DNA of 45,692 nt from a virus. A model generated the notes under the pieces. The model had not been told where the DNA came from. It did not search any database and saw only the letters and a list, made by a program, of their open reading frames with translations. The DNA lies in the IMG/VR virus record IMGVR_UViG_3300045988_039593; one strand, written 5' to 3'. The translations under genes were made by a program, and so were the position numbers. Positions 27,394-35,359 of the stretch are shown here, piece by piece. Every line of letters starts with the position of its first letter. The stretch's first letter is position 1.

Positions 27394-27801
27394 TCAGGCG
27401 GGCAAATCGTCGCCATCATATCTGGTTCCGTCTTCGGGTGCGGGTGCCGGTGCGGGTGCGCCCTGTGGTTTATTACCGCCCAATAATTCCATTTCATCAA
27501 CCACAATTTCGGTTACATATCGTTTGATTCCCGAATTATCGGTGTATTCGCGTGTTTGAACCTTTCCGACAATCAAAAGCGGGGTGCCTTTCTTCACGTA
27601 TTGTTCGCATACGCCGGCCAATCCGGAACGCTTGACAACGATATTGTGCCAATCTGTATGGTCGGGAATATCTTTGCCGTCGCGTGTCTTGTAACCGCGT
27701 TCGGTTGTGGCCAAACTGAATTGTGCAACCTTTCCTCCGTTACTAAAATTGGTAATTTCCGGGTCGCGCCCGCAATTGCCTTTCAAAAAAACCTTATTCA
27801 T
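27394..27801 (-). CDS. ssb: single-stranded DNA-binding protein
   Basis: OB-fold SSB pattern (MNKVFLKGNCGRDPE...WHNIVV...VGKVQTREY), a Pro/Ala linker and an acidic tail ending DGDDLPA. Confidence 0.92.
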   Translation of the reverse strand: MNKVFLKGNCGRDPEITNFSNGGKVAQFSLATTERGYKTRDGKDIPDHTDWHNIVVKRSGLAGVCEQYVKKGTPLLIVGKVQTREYTDNSGIKRYVTEIVVDEMELLGGNKPQGAPAPAPAPEDGTRYDGDDLPA

Positions 27802-27959
27802 TTTTTTTCGCTAATTAAATATTTAACCAAATTGTCAAATTCTTCATTTGTCACGTTTTTTGCCTTTTGCAAATACATTATCGGGTATAACGTGTTTCCA
27901 ACCTGTTTGTATATGCACGGACGTTTCGTAACGCTTCGATCTAATACGTATTTTGTCAT
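27798..27959 (-). CDS. small hypothetical protein (53 aa)
   Basis: Not in the ORF track. ATGA overlaps at both ends. Sequence: MTKYVLDRSVTKRPCIYKQVGNTLYPIMYLQKAKNVTNEEFDNLVKYLISEKK. Confidence 0.4.
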   Translation of the reverse strand: MTKYVLDRSVTKRPCIYKQVGNTLYPIMYLQKAKNVTNEEFDNLVKYLISEKK

Positions 27960-28312
27960 TTGTCATATCTTGCACAATCCAACAGGTATTCGCGTTTATC
28001 AGCCCATCCGGCATTTGCGTTCAAATATTTGCGGTCATCATCCCGGACAAACTCAACATAATATCCGCCACTAATCGCCGGTCGCAATATACGGACTAAT
28101 TTGCCAATAAAGAATCGTTTGTATCTGGCATAACCGCTTGTATCGCTCAAAGCCAAAACGCGTTTAACGTTGCTTTCCGGTTCCGCGCTTGGTGCCTGTG
28201 TTCTCGCTCGCGGTTGCCGTCCCTGTTTGTAAAAACTTGCATTTTTGAAATCCTTACGGATGGAACGGCGCGATACCTCGGCAAAATTGGGTTTCGGTTC
28301 CTTTGTTCTCAT
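27956..28312 (-). CDS. hypothetical basic protein (118 aa)
   Basis: ORF 27956..28432 trimmed to the ATG at 28312, which overlaps the upstream stop (ATGA). Confidence 0.5.
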   Translation of the reverse strand: MRTKEPKPNFAEVSRRSIRKDFKNASFYKQGRQPRARTQAPSAEPESNVKRVLALSDTSGYARYKRFFIGKLVRILRPAISGGYYVEFVRDDDRKYLNANAGWADKREYLLDCARYDK

Positions 28313-28539
28313 AAACTCGGCTTTTCGGTAAGCAACAAAACGGGTTGCAATGCTTGGTTGAACGTTAGAACCGACAACCAAACGCACCCGGTTTCCTTTA
28401 TGCGCTCCAAATCGCCCGGTTCCAATTGCCAACAGGTAACAACCGTACCGTAGGCATCTTTATTGGCCGGTACTGGTTGATATTCGGGTTGCTCTTTACC
28501 ATAAACGCAATTTGCGCCGTCAAATTCAATTGGTTTCAT
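28309..28539 (-). CDS. hypothetical protein (76 aa)
   Basis: ATG-started ORF, MKPIEFDGANCVYGKEQPEYQPVPA..., coupled to its neighbours. Confidence 0.6.
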   Translation of the reverse strand: MKPIEFDGANCVYGKEQPEYQPVPANKDAYGTVVTCWQLEPGDLERIKETGCVWLSVLTFNQALQPVLLLTEKPSL

Positions 28540-28988
28540 TTGCTTACTTGTTTGTAATCCTGTTTCAATTCCTCAATCCTCAACAGGTTTGCCGGGTAAA
28601 TCCTCATTGCTTTACGCGTGGTTTCCTGTTCCCACTGATTATGATGATTGAAACATAGAATGTTAATATTTCTTGGATCGTGTGCCATTTCCGGGTGTGC
28701 GCCACGTGTGAGAATATGGGAACAATACGTTGCAGAATATTCCGGTAACGGCCGCATACAACATTCGCAATAATGCGGTTTATGTTCCCAAACCCATTTG
28801 AAAAATCGGGCATTTGCGGCCATTATATCCGCACCGCGTCCGAAAACGCAATGCCCGAATTTCTCGCGTTGCAACTCAATACGCAACCGTATATCCAACC
28901 GGAAATGTTTTGTATCAATCAAGGGTTCAAACCCACGCGATACAGCGTAATCATATTCAAAACGTTCGGTAATCAAATACGGTTCCAT
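28536..28988 (-). CDS. HNH/zinc-finger nuclease-like protein
   Basis: CECC...CSHILTRGAHPEMAHDPRNINILCFNHHNQWE resembles an HNH beta-beta-alpha-metal motif. Confidence 0.5.
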   Translation of the reverse strand: MEPYLITERFEYDYAVSRGFEPLIDTKHFRLDIRLRIELQREKFGHCVFGRGADIMAANARFFKWVWEHKPHYCECCMRPLPEYSATYCSHILTRGAHPEMAHDPRNINILCFNHHNQWEQETTRKAMRIYPANLLRIEELKQDYKQVSK

Positions 28989-28994
28989 ACCTGT

Positions 28995-29606
28995 TTACAT
29001 ATCCATTGGCATATCGTCCGATTCGGTGGCATTCTCGGCACCGAACAAAGACAGTTGCGCCTGTTTGCCGTCAAACAAATATGCATACACCTCGCGTTCA
29101 ATCTTGCCAACGATTTCTTCCAATTCTTCCTCAAAGCCAAATGAAATTGTGGCCATCTTGATACGTGGCGTATTGATACACGTTTTAAGGCCGTTGGCCG
29201 TCTTATAAACGGCGGTAATCACGACCCCCACGTTATCATCTTTACCGGAAAACGACACGCCGCGTACCTCAATGTTGTTGAGCAATTCTCCGGCGAATCC
29301 GCGTGCCTGTTCCTGTATCTTTGCCGGAATCTTATTTGCTGTATCCTCAACGAACGAAAGGAACGAATTTATATTGAACACACGTGCCACGATCGGGCAC
29401 AAATCTTCAAACAGGCCGGCCAAATCCGGGTGTACGTCCATTCCATTATCGACAACATAATGGTTGGTGTAAGACGTTCCGCCGACAACCTCGGTTACGT
29501 CATAATGTGCGCAAATACCGCCATTGTTAACCAACTTTACCTTTTCCAATTGGAAATCTTTTGGGTTGGGCTTTGTCATTGTGTAATTCTCATTTGTGTT
29601 ACTCAT
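28995..29606 (-). CDS. hypothetical protein (203 aa) with acidic C-terminal tail
   Basis: ATG-started ORF ending in ENATESDDMPMDM. Confidence 0.6.
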   Translation of the reverse strand: MSNTNENYTMTKPNPKDFQLEKVKLVNNGGICAHYDVTEVVGGTSYTNHYVVDNGMDVHPDLAGLFEDLCPIVARVFNINSFLSFVEDTANKIPAKIQEQARGFAGELLNNIEVRGVSFSGKDDNVGVVITAVYKTANGLKTCINTPRIKMATISFGFEEELEEIVGKIEREVYAYLFDGKQAQLSLFGAENATESDDMPMDM

Positions 29607-29612
29607 ATCGCT

Positions 29613-29822
29613 TTATGATTTATGATTATTTACCGGTTCCGCCGGTGAGGTTGCCTCTAACGGTATCAATTGTGACTTTGCAAAATGCACCATTGTTTGT
29701 ATATCCTCAAAAACGGCGCGTTCCTTTTCGCTTGCTTTCGGGTCATTCTTCGCGGATTCGGTCATTTCATCCACGAATTTTGCGGCCACGTCGGGCGGGT
29801 AATTAAATTTGATTGGTTCCAT
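29613..29822 (-). CDS. hypothetical protein (69 aa)
   Basis: ATG-started ORF in a tightly packed run of genes. Confidence 0.55.
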   Translation of the reverse strand: MEPIKFNYPPDVAAKFVDEMTESAKNDPKASEKERAVFEDIQTMVHFAKSQLIPLEATSPAEPVNNHKS

Positions 29823-29825
29823 TTC

Positions 29826-30530
29826 TTAAAAATTATCGTCGGCCATCATTTCGGCCAACCTGTTATTCAACGTTATTTTTGGCTTTACCGTGTTTGCCGG
29901 AAATTCAATCTTTATTTGTTCGACCGGGTAATCCTTTACGATCAATTCAATAATGCCTTTATCTACCAATACAGGCAAACAACGAACAACGGCGCGCACG
30001 TCCTCGATTGCATCGTGTGCCGGGAATGATTCACCGGGAAAACATTTTGCGTATAATTCTTCCAACCTCGGAAATTTCAAACGGCCGTTGCTAAACCTCG
30101 CATCAACGAATTTCATTGCCGAGCGCATCGTGTCAATTCGTTTTCCCTTATACAACGCGTCGTCGGCGAATTGGTCAAACGACGCTTTGCGCATCAATTC
30201 CGATTTCACTGTTGATATATCGAAATACACGTTATGACCACAAATCAATTTGGCGGCGTGACAATCCGCAATAAATTTTCCCATAACGTCGTCCAACGGT
30301 TCGCCGTGTTCCTGTGCGTATTCGTTGGTTATGCCGTGAACGTCGGTTGCTTCCTGTGGGATTTCCCAACCATCCGGGCGGATAATGTGGTTTTCTTCAC
30401 GTCCGGCGTAAATCCACGACAATTGGCATATTCGCGGGAATTGCTCATAATCGGTTTCCCATTTCGCATACTTTGGCGGTAAACTTGTTGTTTCCGTATC
30501 AAAGTACAATATTTGGTCGTAAGTAATCAT
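29826..30530 (-). CDS. DnaQ-like 3'-5' exonuclease (DEDDh)
   Basis: Exo I YFDTETTS, Exo II GHNVYFDISTV and Exo III HDAIEDVRAV. Confidence 0.88.
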   Translation of the reverse strand: MITYDQILYFDTETTSLPPKYAKWETDYEQFPRICQLSWIYAGREENHIIRPDGWEIPQEATDVHGITNEYAQEHGEPLDDVMGKFIADCHAAKLICGHNVYFDISTVKSELMRKASFDQFADDALYKGKRIDTMRSAMKFVDARFSNGRLKFPRLEELYAKCFPGESFPAHDAIEDVRAVVRCLPVLVDKGIIELIVKDYPVEQIKIEFPANTVKPKITLNNRLAEMMADDNF

Positions 30531-30545
30531 TGTATCGCTTGGTTT

Positions 30546-30713
30546 TTACTTTTGGTCAATAATGGCAACGTCGCCGTTTGGCTTACGTCCATACACGGTG
30601 CCGTGGGCGGCTTCGTTATACGTGTTCATTACGAATTTGAAATTGGCGGTTACGGAAAATCCGTTGCCCTTAAATGTAAATTCGATGTAATCGTTTTCGT
30701 TAATCTTTCGCAT
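30546..30713 (-). CDS. small hypothetical protein (55 aa)
   Basis: Not in the ORF track. Sequence: MRKINENDYIEFTFKGNGFSVTANFKFVMNTYNEAAHGTVYGRKPNGDVAIIDQK. It fills an otherwise empty 186-nt gap. Confidence 0.4.
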   Translation of the reverse strand: MRKINENDYIEFTFKGNGFSVTANFKFVMNTYNEAAHGTVYGRKPNGDVAIIDQK

Positions 30714-30716
30714 AAT

Positions 30717-31148
30717 TTATAATGTTTGTGGGTCGTCAACATATACGTTCAATTCCTCGGCGGCAAATTGGCGGATGCAATCAATATGTTCGATCAATTC
30801 GCTATTGCTCAATTCCCGAATTTCGCGCAACCTGTGGTTGTATTCGCCGGTTTCCTCATTTACAATTTCTTCATGACAAAGCGGGGAAAGTTCGCGCAAA
30901 AAATGTTCGGTTTGTTCCTCGGTCTTTCGGTCGCCTGTGTCCCAAAATCCTTTGCGGATAGTCGGAACAACGTAATGGAAATAATAACCCTTTAACGCTT
31001 CCGATGAACCAACAGGCGCAACCACGAAGCGGGCAACGATTCGTTCGCCCTTATGTTGAGCAAAAAACGCGTTTAATTCGCCCATATACATAACCAACCC
31101 GCCATTGGCGTTGATGGTTCCGGATGCTGAAATATCGCGGCGTTTCAT
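30717..31148 (-). CDS. hypothetical protein (143 aa)
   Basis: ATG-started ORF abutting the upstream gene. Confidence 0.6.
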   Translation of the reverse strand: MKRRDISASGTINANGGLVMYMGELNAFFAQHKGERIVARFVVAPVGSSEALKGYYFHYVVPTIRKGFWDTGDRKTEEQTEHFLRELSPLCHEEIVNEETGEYNHRLREIRELSNSELIEHIDCIRQFAAEELNVYVDDPQTL

Positions 31149-31622
31149 TTAACTTTTGTTTGTGGCGGTTGCCTGTTTGAGTAATTCGGCCATATCCGGG
31201 TTCGCGTCGCAAATGAATTTTTCCATTGTGGCGTTGTACGCTTTCATTCCCAATTGGTGGATATACATACGGATTGCGGATGGGTATTTGCTTTGATTGT
31301 TCAAAACCCTTGCAAACTCAACGGCAAAATCGCCGGGGTCGTTCATTAAACCCAAATCCATAACGCGGTCAATTGTCGGGCGATTTTCGGCAACCCTTTT
31401 GCCCTGTTCCTTTAACTTGGCAATTGTTTCCACTACCTTTTTTCGGGTTTCAACCTGTTCGTTAATATATGCCGTTAGAATGGCGGCAAATTCCGGCATA
31501 ATCAACACGTCGTAAACGCTTTTGTCGCGTAATGCTTCCGGGTATGTAAAGTCTTTGGCATTGATACGGCGATTGTATTCAATGGCCGCTTTTTGTTGTG
31601 GGGTCAATTCTTTTTTAGGCAT
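31149..31622 (-). CDS. hypothetical protein (157 aa)
   Basis: The ORF-track start at 31628 is TTG, so the gene is trimmed to the ATG at 31622 (MPKKELTPQQ). It overlaps the HNH gene end by 8 nt. Confidence 0.6.
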   Translation of the reverse strand: MPKKELTPQQKAAIEYNRRINAKDFTYPEALRDKSVYDVLIMPEFAAILTAYINEQVETRKKVVETIAKLKEQGKRVAENRPTIDRVMDLGLMNDPGDFAVEFARVLNNQSKYPSAIRMYIHQLGMKAYNATMEKFICDANPDMAELLKQATATNKS

Positions 31623-32121
31623 ATTCAAATTTATATCCTTTAACGGTTATTGCTTTTCCTTTCAATTGCTTGCAAATGTTCGTGCAAAACAAATTTAATG
31701 CTTTTGCGGCATCCATCATACAGGCGTATTCGCCAACCTTTTTGCCATCTTTATAGGCAATAACCGGTTTGCCCTGTTTCGCTTTTATCGCGGCCATTCG
31801 TGCGCCTGTTGTTGTGGGATTGTTCATATTGTCAATATGTTTTACCCATCGCAAATTTTCAACCCTGTTATCGGTCTTTTCCCCGTTTATATGGTCTATT
31901 TCCGGCAATCCATTTGGATTTGGAATAAAGGCCATTGCAACCAAACGATGAATCATTACCAATTGCCGTTTCCCTTTGTCGCATAATCCAACAACACAAT
32001 ATCCATTACCACGATCACAAATGCGCAAATTGCGTTTCAAATAACAGGAATAAACATTTCCTTTTGTGCTTACTTTGTATCGGTCATTTCCCGGTACGTC
32101 TTTCCAAATTTCGTTTTGCAT
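31615..32121 (-). CDS. HNH homing endonuclease (NUMOD4-like + HNH_3-type), paralogue of 205..681
   Basis: IWKDVPGNDRYKVSTKGNV and HRLVAMAFIPNPNGLPEIDHINGEKTDNRVENLRW. DNA-level similarity to 480-520 around ggaataaaggcc. Confidence 0.85.
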   Translation of the reverse strand: MQNEIWKDVPGNDRYKVSTKGNVYSCYLKRNLRICDRGNGYCVVGLCDKGKRQLVMIHRLVAMAFIPNPNGLPEIDHINGEKTDNRVENLRWVKHIDNMNNPTTTGARMAAIKAKQGKPVIAYKDGKKVGEYACMMDAAKALNLFCTNICKQLKGKAITVKGYKFEYA

Positions 32122-32149
32122 ATTTTGCCGATTTTATTTGTTGCCGATT

Positions 32150-32221
32150 AAATGAAAATGCACGGCCAGGCAATCGGCTTACCTTTTCGGGCGGTTTGCA
32201 AATCCGCCCTATCCGTGCATT
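32150..32221 (-). terminator. Branched stem-loop / probable terminator between the ATPase gene and the HNH gene
   Basis: Outer stem AATGCACGG (32157-32165) / CCGTGCATT (32213-32221) encloses GGGCGG-atttgcaaa-CCGCCC. The - strand continues TTTCATTT. Confidence 0.5.
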
Positions 32222-32230
32222 GCAAATATA

Positions 32231-33646
32231 CTAATTTTCGACGTATTCGGAATATTCTTCAACGGTCATTTCCTGTTGACCGCGTACCACATTTTCAATA
32301 AACCCTTGGAATCCATATTTTTTTGCAACGGCAACTATGTTTTCCAAACGCTTTGCGCCCAAAGATTCGCCACGGGCGATTCGGAACACTTTTACGGTTG
32401 GGTTGCTTACAATAACCAATTTGGCGGCGATTTCCATAATTTGCGAATCGGAAACGCGGCCGGGGATGAATGGCACGCCGTTTAATTCCAATCCGTCGTC
32501 GGTAAACGTCAAGCCCTTAATCGGTAATTTAGCGTTTGCGATAAGGCCGGCGCGTTCGTTCAACAAGTCGTCAACCTGTGCTCCCATCTTTTCGGCCTTT
32601 TCAACAACCTTGCGTGCGTTGTCGCGCTTTGTGACGTAATCGATAACCAACGCGTGTTTCCTGTTATGCTCATTGGCGGCGGCCATCCTTTCGGCAATAT
32701 TGGTATCGGGCTTGTTTGCTTCGTAATCCGCCAACCATTTTTCGGCGTTCGCCTTGCGGGTTTCGTAATCCTTGCGGTCGGCTTCAATCGCGTCAAGGCA
32801 ACCGGCCAATTGTTCGCCCAATGATTCAATACCGGCTTTGGCATTTTGTATGGCCAATTCATACTCCTTTTTGGCGACTTCAACCCTTTCTTCCAACGCG
32901 GCCTTTTGGGTTGCGTAATTGGCTTTGGCTTCGTCAATCCTGTTAGGGATTCCGGCCAATTGTTCGGTACGTTGAGCCATTGCGGCGCGAACCTGTTTTG
33001 CCTTTTCTGCCAACGCGCCGGCCTGTGCTTGTTCGGCCATCATTTCGGCCACGTCGATTACCTTTGAGTATTTCTCAACGTCGCCGGCATCCAACTTTGC
33101 GTTGGCTTCCTTTTCAAGCGTGGTTAACGTCTTGACGTCGCGGTTAATGCCGGTGCGTTCCTGTTTCAATTCGGTTACCTCGGTGTCAATTGCTTCGATG
33201 CGGTCGCGAACCTCAACAGGCAACAAAGACTTAACAACGGCAATTTGTTTGCGGCGTCCCTCGGCGGTTTCCGACCAACGGGAAAATTCCACGGCGTCGA
33301 AATCTTGGTACCCGAAAATCTTTTGCAACATTGACACGTTGTTTGATTGCATACCGGTTGACTTTTGTTTGATGGAAAGGGTACCGCGTGGGTTGGCTTC
33401 CGTGAAAGACAACGAAACGTCGTATTCCTCGCCGTCGTCGCCAATAACCATTTTGGCGAATCCCTTTGTTTCGCCGTTCCTCAACACGTCGTCTCGGTTT
33501 CCTGTGAGTAACGCCCCAATGGCCTTTAACAACGTGGATTTACCCAATTCGTTGTCGCCCTTGATGAAATACACATTGCCGGTAAATTCGGCGTCGAAAT
33601 CCTTGATAACTTGGAAATTCGACAATTGCAATTTCTTAATATACAT
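32231..33646 (-). CDS. SMC/RecF/SbcC-like AAA ATPase with central coiled coil
   Basis: N-terminal LQLSNFQ...GDNELGKSTLLKAI (Walker A), about 250 aa of coiled coil, and a C-terminal ABC-like half. Confidence 0.8.
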   Translation of the reverse strand: MYIKKLQLSNFQVIKDFDAEFTGNVYFIKGDNELGKSTLLKAIGALLTGNRDDVLRNGETKGFAKMVIGDDGEEYDVSLSFTEANPRGTLSIKQKSTGMQSNNVSMLQKIFGYQDFDAVEFSRWSETAEGRRKQIAVVKSLLPVEVRDRIEAIDTEVTELKQERTGINRDVKTLTTLEKEANAKLDAGDVEKYSKVIDVAEMMAEQAQAGALAEKAKQVRAAMAQRTEQLAGIPNRIDEAKANYATQKAALEERVEVAKKEYELAIQNAKAGIESLGEQLAGCLDAIEADRKDYETRKANAEKWLADYEANKPDTNIAERMAAANEHNRKHALVIDYVTKRDNARKVVEKAEKMGAQVDDLLNERAGLIANAKLPIKGLTFTDDGLELNGVPFIPGRVSDSQIMEIAAKLVIVSNPTVKVFRIARGESLGAKRLENIVAVAKKYGFQGFIENVVRGQQEMTVEEYSEYVEN

Positions 33647-33660
33647 GTTGTATCGCTTTG

Positions 33661-33685
33661 GTTAAAAGCCCCGGAAAACCGGAGC
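33661..33685 (-). terminator. Intrinsic terminator closing the tRNA mini-operon
   Basis: - strand GCTCCGG-tttt-CCGGGGC followed by TTTTAAC, ending 15 nt upstream of the ATPase ATG. Confidence 0.7.
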
Positions 33686-33923
33686 GTGCTTGTTATTTCC
33701 GGGAATCGGCCCGGCCCGTATTTTTCAAAAGAAATGCAATCTATGGTTTTCGGTTTGCAATTGGATTATTGTGGCCATTCTTCGCACAAACTTTACCGGA
33801 AAGTATTATTTTGTATTACGGCAAAATGCCAACTTAAACTCCTGTGACATTCACATATTTTTTCACGGGGCGTTGACGGTCTTACGCCTAAAAACATCAA
33901 AGATTGCATTTCAAAGAACTTTG

Positions 33924-34004
33924 TACCCATGGCCGGAATCGAACCGGCACGCCATACGGCAATTGGTTTTGAATCAATCGCGGCTACCATTACGCCACGT
34001 GGGT
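33924..34004 (-). tRNA. tRNA-Leu (anticodon CAA), class II with long variable arm
   Basis: Hand-folded, 81 nt. Acceptor ACCCACG/CATGGGT (one mismatch), 3-bp D stem, anticodon arm ATTGA-TTCAAAA-CCAAT, variable arm TGCCGTATGGCGT, T arm GCCGG-TTCGATT-CCGGC. No encoded CCA. Confidence 0.8.
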
Positions 34005-34010
34005 ATTTCT

Positions 34011-34084
34011 TGGTTGCGCCGCCCCGATTCGAACGGGGATTACCGGAACCAAAATCCGGGGTGTTACCGTTATACCACAACGCA
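34011..34084 (-). tRNA. tRNA-Gln (anticodon UUG)
   Basis: Hand-folded, 74 nt. Acceptor TGCGTTG/CGGCGCA (two G-U pairs), anticodon arm CCGGA-TTTTGGT-TCCGG, T arm CCCCG-TTCGAAT-CGGGG, CCA encoded. U1-A72 as in bacterial tRNA-Gln. Confidence 0.85.
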
Positions 34085-34092
34085 AAGTCTAT

Positions 34093-34392
34093 TTAACGAA
34101 CCGGTACAAAGCACATTTTGTTTCCCGTGCGAAATTTTGAAAACGAAATAGCCCAAATCATTTTTTTTGAATCAACGCCACCGGCATTGAACAAATCCGG
34201 GTATTTCTGTTCCAACTCGAACTCCGTTGCAATGACATATCCGCGATCCATTACAAGTTCATTGGCTATTTCCTTAAAACGGCGGTCAACTTTGCGACGC
34301 AAGATGTAATCCTTTGCGTTCGCGGCGCGTAAAGTTTCACGAAATGCAACGTTTGACCAATAAACTATTCCAAATTTCATTACCTGTTCCAT
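34093..34392 (-). CDS. hypothetical protein (99 aa), first gene of cassette (a)
   Basis: The ATG at 34392 is preceded by the conserved leader ending AAAACGACAAAGAATT. Confidence 0.6.
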   Translation of the reverse strand: MEQVMKFGIVYWSNVAFRETLRAANAKDYILRRKVDRRFKEIANELVMDRGYVIATEFELEQKYPDLFNAGGVDSKKMIWAISFSKFRTGNKMCFVPVR

Positions 34393-34488
34393 AATTCTTT
34401 GTCGTTTTGTATCCCGGAACCCGCCGGGGCGGTGGTGTTATTTCCTCAACCCGGATACAAAGGTAGGCATTTATTTTTATTTACCAAA
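34393..34488 (-). promoter_or_regulatory. Promoter/leader cassette (a): TTTG(34485-34488)-N19-TACCTTTG(34458-34465) plus conserved structured leader
   Basis: Perfect match to the Bacteroidota sigma-A consensus TTTG/TAnnTTTG. The leader shares GTATCCGGGTTGAGG and the hairpin CCCGG-cgggtt-CCGGG (34413-34428) with cassettes (b) and (c). Confidence 0.75.
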
Positions 34489-34504
34489 ACTTTTAAGCAT
34501 TTTT

Positions 34505-34702
34505 TCAAAAGAATTTCGCAAATAGTGCCGAATGGTCAACAATTACCGGTTCCCATTTCAGCGTTCCGGCCTTTAATGCCCGTTCAAACGCCGCGTCGGT
34601 TTCCCGGTGTTTTCCTAATTCGTGCCAATGTTTGTATTTGGCACGCTTGCAAATTACGCGATGGGTTCCGTTCGCGTCACGTTCAATATAGGCATTAACC
34701 AT
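34505..34702 (-). CDS. hypothetical protein (65 aa)
   Basis: ATG-started ORF overlapping the upstream gene by 8 nt. Confidence 0.5.
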   Translation of the reverse strand: MVNAYIERDANGTHRVICKRAKYKHWHELGKHRETDAAFERALKAGTLKWEPVIVDHSALFAKFF

Positions 34703-35099
34703 TGTTCATTCGTGCAACTAATCGTTCCAACTTACGTTCGCGTTCCCTTGCGACCTTTTCATAACCGTATATGATAGATAATTGTTCCATCATAATTTGA
34801 ACGTCGGCGATTTCCGTTATTATATCGGCATCAGTAACACGGCCCCGGGCTTCTTTCATCAATGCGTTTACCAATTCGGCTGCTTCTTCAACCGCCATCC
34901 GCTTTCGTGATTCCTTGCCGTATTTCTTTACAGCCATCGCGCAAATATCTTTCAATCCGCCCAATTTCAGTATAAACCATTGTTGCGGGTTTACCTGTCT
35001 ATTCATACAATTTTCGGCGGCATTTCGTTTAGTAAATGAAATGTCCGACGTTTGCAATGTCCCACCTAAATAACGGGCTATTTTATATCTATAATTCAT
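34695..35099 (-). CDS. MazG-like nucleotide pyrophosphohydrolase (tentative)
   Basis: VEEAAELVNALMKE...ITEIADVQIMMEQL fits the EExxE...D helix pair. The ORF-track TTG start is trimmed to the ATG at 35099. Confidence 0.45.
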   Translation of the reverse strand: MNYRYKIARYLGGTLQTSDISFTKRNAAENCMNRQVNPQQWFILKLGGLKDICAMAVKKYGKESRKRMAVEEAAELVNALMKEARGRVTDADIITEIADVQIMMEQLSIIYGYEKVARERERKLERLVARMNNG

Positions 35100-35101
35100 A
35101 A

Positions 35102-35317
35102 TCAAAATAATTTCGGGGTTTTATCCAACAATCGGGAGTTGAGGTTGTCCAATTCTTTTTCCATTTGGCGCGATATTTCCAACGCATCTATTTTACGCAA
35201 GCGGAACCAACGATTTTGATTATGGCGCAAGGTTGAAACAAACGAAACGTATTGTTCGAACAATTCCGGCGTTATTTCTTGCAAATTTTTGATTTGCGGG
35301 GCTTCAAACTCATTCAT
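35102..35317 (-). CDS. hypothetical protein (71 aa)
   Basis: ORF-track TTG start trimmed to the ATG at 35317 (MNEFEAPQ). Confidence 0.5.
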   Translation of the reverse strand: MNEFEAPQIKNLQEITPELFEQYVSFVSTLRHNQNRWFRLRKIDALEISRQMEKELDNLNSRLLDKTPKLF

Positions 35318-35359
35318 ATACAATTTATCTATTTTAAGGTTAAACGGCTTATATGGGCT

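Noticed and set aside
33924-34004. The class-II tRNA read as an opal suppressor/Sec-like tRNA (anticodon UCA by shifting the loop one nt).
   Set aside because: The shifted register leaves no base-paired anticodon stem. The 7-nt loop TTCAAAA with U33 and A37 gives CAA, and the whole arm resembles bacterial tRNA-Leu(CAA).
33793-34080. 95-aa - strand ORF in the tRNA region.
   Set aside because: It overlaps both hand-folded tRNAs almost completely and has no plausible start context.
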